A DNA stretch of 64,000 nucleotides from an uncultured Chloroflexia bacterium. GTDB taxonomy: Bacteria; Chloroflexota; Limnocylindria; Limnocylindrales; CSP1-4. Of the stretch, positions 18,905-26,646 are shown piece after piece (the first letter of the stretch is position 1; every line of letters starts with the position of its first letter). A program made the position numbers and the translations under genes. The notes beneath the pieces are model-generated. The model worked only from the letters and a program-made list of their open reading frames with translations. It did no database searches and had not been told where the DNA came from. The stretch spans positions 1,218,679-1,282,678 of the forward strand of contig CAVZLU010000008.1 of the NCBI GenBank assembly GCA_963776355.1. Reading direction: 5' to 3'.

Positions 18905-19441
18905 CTACGTGCCCGGGGAGGGACTCGCAACCGGCAGCGCGGCCTCGAACGTCATCGTGCCGGGTGGAGCCAGGGTGATGGTCAGCTGCTCGTCCTGGAC
19001 GACGTAGTGGCTCACCGATCCGAGCTGCACCAGGAACTGGTCGGACAGCGACGCGGCGCCACACGGCGCGACGCTGGCCGGAGCCGGCACGAGGGCCAGG
19101 CTGTTGGTCCCACCTGCCACCCTGCCGGGCGGAAGCCGGCTGTACGTACCCGACAACCGGTTGCAGTCCGCGACCGCCTCGAATGTCCCGTCGCGCGCGA
19201 ACCGGATCGTGTACGCCCCCGGATTCGGCACCACGAGCGGGGTCGAACCCGCGGGGGTGGTCGAGCCGGTCCACTGCCACGTCGCTCCCGTGAGGCCAAG
19301 CTGCGGCGGTGGTGCGGGCACGAAGGCGATCACGAGGACCGCCACGATCGCCACCAGCACGGTCGCGGCGAAGTTCGAGATCAGGACCTGGACCTCCACC
19401 GAGGGCGGTCCGCGCCTGGCCGTTGCGAGTCTCGTCAACAC
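18905..19441 (-). CDS. META domain (DUF306, HslJ-like) protein with N-terminal TM anchor
   Basis: 178 aa. TM segment VLISNFAATVLVAIVAVLVIAFV, then ...FARDGTFEAVADCNRLSGTYS..., resembling the META-domain GCN...GxY core. Confidence 0.55.
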   Translation of the reverse strand: MLTRLATARRGPPSVEVQVLISNFAATVLVAIVAVLVIAFVPAPPPQLGLTGATWQWTGSTTPAGSTPLVVPNPGAYTIRFARDGTFEAVADCNRLSGTYSRLPPGRVAGGTNSLALVPAPASVAPCGAASLSDQFLVQLGSVSHYVVQDEQLTITLAPPGTMTFEAALPVASPSPGT

Positions 19442-19698
19442 CCATCACCAGACGATACGTCGGCCGGTGGCCCGCTGGTTCACGACCGCCCATCGGGGCA
19501 CGTCCGAGAGAGCTGACCCGAGATCGACCGCGAGGACATCTGCCAGGCCGCGCATCTCGGCGCCCGGGTCGACACTCGGCACCCCAGTCGTCGGGCCAGG
19601 AAGGGCAGCGCGGCGAGTCGACCCCGTCCATGAGCCAGTGGCAACGCTCCTGGACGATTCGATCGGCAGTGTGGGCCCGGCGAGCCCGGGACCTCGGA

Positions 19699-20127
19699 TC
19701 AGTCCGCGTCCGCGGATGTCACCGACGGGTGCCATCCGTCCGAGCGAACGGCGGTGAGGATCGACACCACGACCCCGCAGCTCAGCGTCAGCAGCGCGAA
19801 TGCCAGGAGGGGCACGATGTTGGTGTTGCCGCAGAAGTCTTCGGTGCCCGCGCATGCCGCGACGGTATTCGACGCGCCGAACATGAAGACAGTGCCGGCG
19901 CCGACGAGGACGCCCGCGCTGCCAGCCGACCGTCGCCTGTCCAGCGGTACTTCTCGAAGTGCCTTCGCGCCTGTCAGCAGGGCCAGTGGAACCAGGACGA
20001 GCGCGAACGGCACGAGGACCACGCCGATCAGGCCGAGGACCACGCCGATAACGAGCCCCGGAACGATGGCGGAGCCTCGACGCCGCGACAGCTCGCCGGC
20101 CACGCGGCGACGGTGCTCCGCGTGCAT
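19699..20127 (-). CDS. Hypothetical small membrane protein (2-3 TM)
   Basis: An internal ATG at 20127 (MHAEHRRRVAGEL...) is followed by hydrophobic stretches (IVPGLVIGVVLGLIGVVLVPFALVLVPLALL, IVPLLAFALLTLSCGVVVSIL). No recognisable domain. Confidence 0.4.
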   Translation of the reverse strand: MHAEHRRRVAGELSRRRGSAIVPGLVIGVVLGLIGVVLVPFALVLVPLALLTGAKALREVPLDRRRSAGSAGVLVGAGTVFMFGASNTVAACAGTEDFCGNTNIVPLLAFALLTLSCGVVVSILTAVRSDGWHPSVTSADAD

Positions 20128-20310
20128 CACGTGTGACTGGCGCACGCTGGCTCTCGCGACGTTGCCCTCCGGATCTCGGTCACATTGGCTCCCAGTCCGA
20201 ACCGTATCGGTACCAGGTGAGGGCACCCACAACCGCAACCTTTGGAGGGCCGATGAGGGACGGCGACGACGTCGCTCCGACTCTGGCGCGGGACGGTGAT
20301 GCCGGCTGGT

Positions 20311-20730
20311 CTAGGCGAGTGGGCCGGCCGGCACGGCGCCGAGCTGCTGCATCATCGCCAGTGAATCCAAGACGCCCCAGTGCTCCCGCACGCGACCGTC
20401 GTCGCCGAAGAGAAACATGTCGATGAGCTGCACGTCGACGCTCTTCCCCGACGCCGGCATGGTCATGAACGCCCCCCGGTTGGTTCCCGTGAGCCTCACG
20501 CGCGCGACGACCTTGGCACCGCTCGCGAAAGCGTCCTCCACGTCCATTCGCAGATCGGGGAACGCGGCGAGCTGCATCTGGAAGAATTCCTTGACCCCAG
20601 CCTTCGTCGGCGCAAGGCCAGGCGTCACCTCGTGCTCGACGAAGTCGTCAGCCAGGTGATCGCTGAACCCGTCGATGTCGCCGGCGTTGATCAGGTCGTA
20701 GAGGCGGCGCGCCGTCGCGGCGTGATCCAT
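20311..20730 (-). CDS. SnoaL-like (NTF2-fold) ester cyclase/polyketide cyclase-like protein
   Basis: The ATG at 20730 follows a GGAGGGGAG RBS. The 139 aa protein reads MDHAATARRLYDLINAGDIDGFSDHLADDFVEHE...GTNRGAFMTMPASGKSVDVQLIDMFLF..., typical of the SnoaL_2 family. Confidence 0.7.
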   Translation of the reverse strand: MDHAATARRLYDLINAGDIDGFSDHLADDFVEHEVTPGLAPTKAGVKEFFQMQLAAFPDLRMDVEDAFASGAKVVARVRLTGTNRGAFMTMPASGKSVDVQLIDMFLFGDDGRVREHWGVLDSLAMMQQLGAVPAGPLA

Positions 20731-20893
20731 CGTGCTCCCCTCCTGGTGGTTTGTTCGAGTGTACGCGACGGTGTCGGAGACACCTCTACGGCGACGTCCA
20801 CCATCCCGGGTGAGGTCGTGCTTGCCTGGCACGGCGTGCGCCAGTAACGCTAGACGAGGTCTGGCACCGGGCCGACGGGCGTGCTTCCAGCCC

Positions 20894-21598
20894 TCAAAGG
20901 TGCCCTCGGGCCGACTCGGTGGCGATCTCCGTGAGGGCCATCGGGTCGCATATCGTCACCTCGTCACGCGCGATGTTGATCAAGCCTTCCTCGTGAAGCT
21001 GGTGGAGGTTGCGGGTCACGACCTCGCGCACCGACCCGATCGCGTCGGCGAGCTCCTGCTGGCCGGCGTGCACGCAAAGGTCCGGGCCGGCGTCCGCCGT
21101 CGCGAGGAGGAGCAGCTGGCGGGCCAGGCGTTGGCGAACCGAGAGGAAAGCCTGCTCTGAGATGTCCTCGAGGAACCGATAGAGCTGGCGCGTTAGTTCC
21201 TCCGCGCAGGCGCGGGCGACGCCCGGATTGGTCGCCAGCAGGGCGCGCAGCGTGTCGACCCGGAAGGCTATGACGAGCGAGCTGGTCATTGCTTGGATGC
21301 TCTCGGGCGCAGGCCCACCGATGACGAGGGCGAGGCCGGCGACGTCACCAGTTCGCGCGTAGCGGACGGTCACCTGGCGCCCATCAGCCGACGACAGGAA
21401 GACGCGGACGAGGCCCTTGACCACCACGAAGAGGCGCGGTCGTTCGTCGTCGCGATAGATCAGCGCGCCCGCCGGGACGTTGATCCGGATCGCTTCGGAG
21501 AGGAGCCGCTCGGCCGCCTCGCGCGGAAGCGCGAAGATGAACCCGCCCTCGAGTCCATCGAGGGCCAGCTCGTCGAGCGCATGCGCCGGTCGGTTCAT
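20894..21598 (-). CDS. Crp/Fnr family transcriptional regulator (cNMP-binding domain plus C-terminal HTH)
   Basis: cNMP-binding region (...RLFVVVKGLVRVFLSSADGRQVTVRYARTGDVAGL...) and an HTH (QQELADAIGSVREVVTRNLHQLHEEGLI). Start ATG 21598, or alternatively 21643 or the TTG at 21667. Confidence 0.8.
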   Translation of the reverse strand: MNRPAHALDELALDGLEGGFIFALPREAAERLLSEAIRINVPAGALIYRDDERPRLFVVVKGLVRVFLSSADGRQVTVRYARTGDVAGLALVIGGPAPESIQAMTSSLVIAFRVDTLRALLATNPGVARACAEELTRQLYRFLEDISEQAFLSVRQRLARQLLLLATADAGPDLCVHAGQQELADAIGSVREVVTRNLHQLHEEGLINIARDEVTICDPMALTEIATESARGHL

Positions 21599-21698
21599 TC
21601 GCCTGGGCCGCGGGCGGCCTGCCACAGGATCCGCGGTGACCATACGGCGTCCAGCGCTCGCGCCCAAGTGCCGAATGGGGCGAAGGATCCCGGAGTGG

Positions 21699-21714
21699 TG
21701 TGATCCTGGTCACA
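21699..21714. promoter_or_regulatory. Perfect CRP/FNR-type palindrome TGTGATCCTGGTCACA (TGTGA-N6-TCACA)
   Basis: A 16 bp perfect inverted repeat in the divergent intergenic region between the Crp-family gene (-) and the tandem-DUF4177 gene (+). It is AT-richer than its surroundings. Confidence 0.55.
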
Positions 21715-21824
21715 CACGCGACACACAACGGTCACCGACACCGGATGACAACTGAGGCATCTTGACCAAGTGGTCGGAACCGCGGATCGGCCGCGGGCGA
21801 CAGCAGAACGGGCAAGGGATTCAC

Positions 21825-22265
21825 ATGGGTATTACCGAGAAGGACATCGTTTCGACGCGGAAGGTCGAGTATCGGATCGAGCGGGTGCCGATCCATGCAC
21901 ACCCGGAGACCCACCTTACCGAACTGCTCGATAAGCTCAACGAGATGGGCAAGCAAGGCTGGCGCGTGGTCAGCGTGGACCTGACCCATCACCCCTCATA
22001 CTCGCCGGCGGCGCAGCCGTCGATCCCATTGCCGGTGCTTCTAGAGAAGGAGATCGGCACGGCTCGGCCCGTGGAGTATCGGATCGAGCGTATGCCGTTC
22101 CAGGAGCATCCAGAGACGCACCTCTCCGAGTTGCTCGACCGGCTCACCGAACTCGGCAAGCAAGGCTGGCGCGTGGTCAGCGTGGACCTGACCCATCACC
22201 CCTCATACTCCCCGGCCGCCCAGCCGTCGGTCCCGCTGCCGGTCCTGCTGGAGCATGAACTCTGA
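21825..22265 (+). CDS. Tandem DUF4177 domain protein (two ~63 aa repeats)
   Basis: The ATG at 21825 follows AAGGGA. The protein contains VEYRIERVPIHAHPETHLTELLDKLNEMGKQGWRVVSVDLTHHPSYSPAAQPSIPLPVLLEKE twice. The underlying DNA is a ~190 bp tandem duplication with a 55 bp identical core. Confidence 0.7.
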   Translation: MGITEKDIVSTRKVEYRIERVPIHAHPETHLTELLDKLNEMGKQGWRVVSVDLTHHPSYSPAAQPSIPLPVLLEKEIGTARPVEYRIERMPFQEHPETHLSELLDRLTELGKQGWRVVSVDLTHHPSYSPAAQPSVPLPVLLEHEL

Positions 22266-22292
22266 CAGGCGGCGCTCGGGATGCGCAACGAA

Positions 22293-22327
22293 AGGAGGCC
22301 CGGCTCCGGTCGGGCCTCCTTCGTGTT
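22293..22327 (+). terminator. Rho-independent terminator-like hairpin (10 bp GC stem AGGAGGCCCG/CGGGCCTCCT, 8 nt loop, then TCGTGTT)
   Basis: Read from the sequence, 28 nt after the DUF4177 gene stop. The U-tract is short, as is common in high-GC genomes. Confidence 0.5.
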
Positions 22328-22524
22328 CCGGCTGGACACTGACCCGGACTGTGACGCCTGTGCGATTCCGATCCTTCCACCAAGCAGGGTGCCCGACCTG
22401 CGGCTGGTCGATGTTCTTGGCTGAGCACGGGGCGCCACGCCCATGCGGGCGAGGTGCCGCCAGCCTGACTTGGCGTGCGTCAAGCACACCAGACGTCAGA
22501 TCGCCGCGGGCAGCTGCGCGACCC

Positions 22525-22734
22525 TTAGGGGCTCTTCACCGCCAGGAGCTCGTGCAGCCCGCGTACCGCCTCGTCCAGATCATCCACGATCCAGCGCGTG
22601 TACTCGGCCTCGTTGGGCACGTAGCTCCCGCGCTCGACAAGGTATAGGCAACCGTCGAGGTTGGACAGCGCGTCCTTGGCGTCGGCGATGAGCTGATGAG
22701 CCGTCCTGAAGGTACCCCGTTCGGGCGATGTCAT
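22525..22734 (-). CDS. Hypothetical small protein (69 aa from ATG 22734; possible N-terminal extension to 22875)
   Basis: MTSPERGTFRTAHQLIADAKDALSNLDGCLYLVERGSYVPNEAEYTRWIVDDLDEAVRGLHELLAVKSP has a protein-like composition in a locally lower-GC stretch. The start is uncertain. Confidence 0.35.
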   Translation of the reverse strand: MTSPERGTFRTAHQLIADAKDALSNLDGCLYLVERGSYVPNEAEYTRWIVDDLDEAVRGLHELLAVKSP

Positions 22735-23083
22735 CGTGGTGATACGGGTCACGGACCAACTGGGCATTTCGCCACCTGCGTCCATCGACGCGGCGCGGTC
22801 GGTCTCGCCAGTGGCTCGGCGCGGTCCCGGCGGCCTGGGTGTGGGCCGCGCGTCATAGCTCCCGTCACGGGTCATTGTGGTCCCGTTCTAGCACCGTTTC
22901 CAAGAGCCGTTCGTTGCGAAGCGGCCCCGGGTCGCTTTATCCGTCCCTTCCCGCCTGAAAGAGGGGTGGAGCGGAGCGCCGGGGGCCGTGACCCGGATCT
23001 GGCACGGCGTGCGCCTATCGTCTGCCGGCATGACCGCAGTCACCAAGGCAGCCATCCAGTGGTATTCGGCGCGGCGACCGTTG

Positions 23084-23614
23084 TCACTCGCGTTCGCGTG
23101 GTAGTTCGTAGAGGACGTGATCGATCGAGCGACCATCGATCTGCCCATGATCGGCGAGGATGCCGATCCGCCGGAAACCGCTTCGCTCGGCGACTCGTTG
23201 CGACCGATGGTTCGCCGGCTCGGTGAACAGTCGCAGACGCGTAATCCCAAGATCGCGGACCGCCCACTGCGAGATGAGCCGCACGGACCTCGTGGCGAGT
23301 CCTCGCCCGCGGGCTGTCGGGAGCAGCCAGTAGCCGACAGACCCGATCGCGGCGTCATCGGTCCGGACGTTGACCCAAACGTGTCCAACGCACGTCCCAT
23401 CCGGCTCGCAGACCGAGAACGTGGGTGACCCGTCAGCCCAGCGTCGGCGGTTCAGCATGAGAACGTCCACTGCCGACGAGTCGTGCTGGCCGAACCATCT
23501 AACAACGTCCGGGTCGTGCATCCCGAGATCGATCGCCGCAAGGTCGCGCTCGTCGGGCGGCCTCAAGGTGACGACACCGTCGCTCAGGGGCGGGTCGGGA
23601 ACGCGGAGGATCAC
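23084..23614 (-). CDS. GNAT family N-acetyltransferase (RimJ/RimL-like)
   Basis: 176 aa with an acetyl-CoA binding core (...VGYWLLPTARGRGLATRSVRLISQWAVRDLGITRLRLFTEPANHRSQRVAERSGF...). Confidence 0.8.
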   Translation of the reverse strand: MILRVPDPPLSDGVVTLRPPDERDLAAIDLGMHDPDVVRWFGQHDSSAVDVLMLNRRRWADGSPTFSVCEPDGTCVGHVWVNVRTDDAAIGSVGYWLLPTARGRGLATRSVRLISQWAVRDLGITRLRLFTEPANHRSQRVAERSGFRRIGILADHGQIDGRSIDHVLYELPRERE

Positions 23615-23654
23615 CGCTGGACCATAGATGTCGCGATGTGCTGAGACAATGGGT

Positions 23655-23693
23655 CAGGCACCAGCGACTTGGCGACGAGGTCACGCCTGCGTG
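23655..23693. repeat. 39 bp perfect direct repeat, copy 1 (caggcaccagcgacttggcgacgaggtcacgcctgcgtg)
   Basis: Identical to 26385..26423. It lies ~40 nt upstream of the GNAT start and contains the palindrome CACGCAGGCGTG. Confidence 0.85.
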
Positions 23694-23976
23694 ACTCAGT
23701 GTGCGCCAACGTCCCCTGAGGAGCACGAAGGCACAGAGGTGAGCCGCCGGCAGCCGAGGCCTGACTCTATGAACCTGCGGCCTTCGCTCCGGGCGTGGAT
23801 TGCGAGGCCGACTGATCTTACAGTCGGCTAGCCTAGCCGGCCTGCTGAGATCCGCATCGGCTGGGACCTGACGAGTCAAGATTTGCGGGTAGCGCGTGAA
23901 GACTCGCTGAATTGCAATTTATGTGAGTGGCCCGCGCGAGGCACGGGCCACTCGGAGCTACCTACGTTGGTTCTGG

Positions 23977-25522
23977 CTAGCGGGTCGGGGTATGCCCGAC
24001 GAACGTGTTCACTGGGTCGACCGTCTTGTTCTTGCCGGGCTTGACCTTCGATCCGTCGACGATCGGATTGCGCGTCAGCATCAGCTGATACAGCACGTCG
24101 GCGGCCGCATCCTTCATCTCGCCGAGACCCTTGAGGTTCAGGTTGTTGATGGTGTCGCAGGCTTGGTGGTAGCAGGGATCGAACGCGATACCGGCCGTGC
24201 CGCCGTACAACGCGACCTGGGCGGGAGTCTTGATCACCTCCGCGCCCGTGAAGATGCCGCCCGCCGGGATCCCTGCGTCCGTGAATGCGACGTAGTCAGA
24301 GCGGCCGTCGAACGGGATCGGCTCATTGGCCAAGCCCTGGCTGCCGAACCATGTCGTGAACTGGGACTCGATGAACCCGGACCCATTCGGGCCGGAGAAG
24401 TTGGCTCCGAACGTCGAACCGTCGCCGTCGTATACCAGGCGGGCGTAATTGGGCGAGGCCACCATGTCGAAGTCGAGCATGGCGATGATCTTCGTTAGGT
24501 CCGCGGCGCTGAGACTGTCGACGTAGAAGCCGGAACCGACTAGACCTTCTTCTTCGGCACCGACCCAGAGGAACCGCACGTGGTTACGCGGCAGCTGACC
24601 TTCCTTGCCCATCTGGCGGGCCAACTCCAGATCCAAGGAAATACCTGATCCGTCGTCGTTGATGCCGGGGCCAGCAGCGACCGAATCGTTGTGCGCGCTG
24701 ACCACGACCACTCGGTTTGGGTCACCCCAAGGGGAGTCGGCGATGACGTTGGACGTTTCGCGTTCCTCACTGATCGTGCTCGTCGTCATGTGGAACACGA
24801 CAGTCTGGCCGCCGCGGATCCTCGTCACGGTATCTTCGCCGAGTGCGTACGTAGCGCCGAGGGCCGGGATCGCAACCGGCCCACCGAGGGTGCCCGCGAT
24901 CGGGCCCGGTGCGTCCGGGCTGACCTTCATTGAAGATGACCACCCCTATGGCACCGGCATTCAGGGCGTTTGTCGCCTTCTGGCCGAACGTGCAGGTCCC
25001 GCGCTGGATGAGGGCGATGTTGCCCGGCGGAAAACCGACGAAGTCTGACGCCGCACAACCTGAGATCGTCGAACCTGCCGGTGCGCCGCCGATGGGGACC
25101 TGCAGAGGACCGACCGGGGTAACGGTGCCGGTGACGTCACCGGACCCAGAGAAGCTCATCGTCGCGAAGTCGGTCCCGTTCACGAATGCCAGCGGGTCCG
25201 GAGACACGCGGCTGAGGGTCGATGGCGCCAGCTCCTGGAAGAAATTGAACGGGAATGGCTGAATGGTCACCGACCATCCGGCCGCCGTCATCGTGGAGGC
25301 GATATAGTCGATGGTCGCCTCATTCCCCGGGGTGCCGGCAAGGCGAACACCGCCGTTGGCGTCCGCGATGCTCTGCAAATGCTGCTCGTGCTGCAGGATG
25401 TTCGGAACGGTGATGAGCTGCCGGTACGGGCGCGAGTTGAACCGGTCATCTGCTGACGCGGTGACCGGGAGCAGCGCCGCGAGTAGGGCCAGGCACGCGA
25501 CAATCCAAGGGGCTCGACGCAT
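23977..25522 (-). CDS. M28 family aminopeptidase with PA domain and signal peptide, apparently split by a single-nucleotide frameshift near 24920
   Basis: The ATG at 25522 follows AGGAGGAAG. Signal peptide MRRAPWIVACLALLAALLPVTASA. The N-half frame (...GVVIFNEGQPGR) and C-half frame (PDAPGPIAGTLGG...HNDSVAAGPGINDDGSGIS...) are both M28-like and join if one nucleotide is removed. Confidence 0.7.
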
Positions 25523-25819
25523 GGTCTTCCTCCTGAAAATCCCCGGTTGAGGGCGAGGCCGCCTCCATCCCCCCGAGAAAGGAGCGATTCTAATCCCCTT
25601 CGAATGAACGGTCTTCCCCCGGTCCCAAGGCGACACCACACCAGCGTCAGTGAGTGTGCGCACGTGTCATCTGGCGGCGGCGCCGGCTGGCTGTCTGTCT
25701 GACGGGGCCAGCATCGCCGGGTCGTGTGCGGCTTTGGGTCGTGCGCCCACAAGATCGAAGGCCGCCCGCCGAAGTGAGCGGCCTCGTGAATGCGGGCTCG
25801 GGGAAACGGTCTCCGGTGA

Positions 25820-26170
25820 CTAGACCAGGACGCGCTCCGAGTCCACGATGAGCTCGGACGGCGGCCCGCTCGTCACCACCGACGGATCGAGGCCGTGGAT
25901 CGCCTTGCCCCGCTCGAGGAACCAGGTGGTGAACGTGTCGTCGGCGCTCATCATCCGGCCGAAGGCGTGCTCCGGATCGTCGCCTTCGAGCGTCACGATC
26001 ACGAGGTCGCCCATCGGGGTGGGCTGCAGGAACGTCCGCTCGTGGACGCCGGCCCGGCGACGGGACTCGACGAACTCCTGGTAGCGCGGGCCGTTCAGCT
26101 CCGCCTGCCAGGCGCGCCACTCCGGCGTCTTTCCGGGAAGGATCGGGAATGCGACTGCCATCAACGGCAT
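25820..26170 (-). CDS. Hypothetical protein (116 aa)
   Basis: The ATG at 26170 follows GGAGGTTCCC. Sequence MPLMAVAFPILPGKTPEWRAWQAELNGPRYQEFVESRRRAGVHERTFLQPTPMGDLVIVTLEGDDPEHAFGRMMSADDTFTTWFLERGKAIHGLDPS... No recognised domain. A palindrome GGGCACGTGCGTGCCC lies just upstream of the RBS. Confidence 0.5.
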   Translation of the reverse strand: MPLMAVAFPILPGKTPEWRAWQAELNGPRYQEFVESRRRAGVHERTFLQPTPMGDLVIVTLEGDDPEHAFGRMMSADDTFTTWFLERGKAIHGLDPSVVTSGPPSELIVDSERVLV

Positions 26171-26384
26171 GGGAACCTCCACGGGCACGTGCGTGCCCGG
26201 CGACGGGGGGTCGGACTCGCCATTGGCCCGGCGCGACGGTCTTGGCGACCGTGTGAGGGCGCCGCGCTGGTGAGAACCCGGTGGTTCCCGTGCCTCCACC
26301 CGATGCACCGAGTATGGGGGCGCGCTCCGAGAATAGGTGGGAGGTGAAGGTTTCCCTACCTTCGTGGCGACTGCCGGTCGGCGA

Positions 26385-26423
26385 CAGGCACCAGCGACTT
26401 GGCGACGAGGTCACGCCTGCGTG
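26385..26423. repeat. 39 bp perfect direct repeat, copy 2
   Basis: Identical to 23655..23693. It lies ~95 nt from the 3' end of tRNA-Val and ~215 nt upstream of gene 25820..26170. Confidence 0.85.
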
Positions 26424-26515
26424 GGACGACGTCCTGTCGCTCGGTCTCGGTGGCGGTCGGAGGCCACAGGACACAGAGACTGGGCCCGGAGGGCCGTGCG
26501 CTGGCGGGGTCACGA

Positions 26516-26592
26516 TGGTGGGCGATACTGGGCTCGAACCAGTGACCTCACGGATGTGAACCGTGCGCTCTGACCGACTGAGCTAATCGCCC
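26516..26592 (-). tRNA. tRNA-Val (anticodon CAC), CCA encoded
   Basis: Minus-strand sequence GGGCGATTAGCTCAGTCGGTCAGAGCGCACGGTTCACATCCGTGAGGTCACTGGTTCGAGCCCAGTATCGCCCACCA forms a cloverleaf. The anticodon stem is CACGG/CCGTG with loop TTCACAT. D and T loops are canonical. Confidence 0.9.
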
Positions 26593-26646
26593 GTGCCGGG
26601 AGTATAGCGAAGGCTCCCGCCAGCCTCCACGGGCCAGGCCGCGTGC

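Noticed and set aside
20826-20842. Possible sigma-54 -24/-12 promoter (TGGCACG-N4-GCGC)
   Set aside because: The -12 element is GCGC rather than TTGC. Both copies point antisense to the adjacent genes. Most high-GC Gram-positive lineages lack RpoN. Kept only as a shared-motif observation.
23977-25522. Calling the M28 peptidase, yggS and other split genes as true pseudogenes
   Set aside because: The same 1-nt defect occurs in essential murB, murG and ftsW. Assembly indels are the more parsimonious explanation, so these are reported as CDS with apparent frameshifts.
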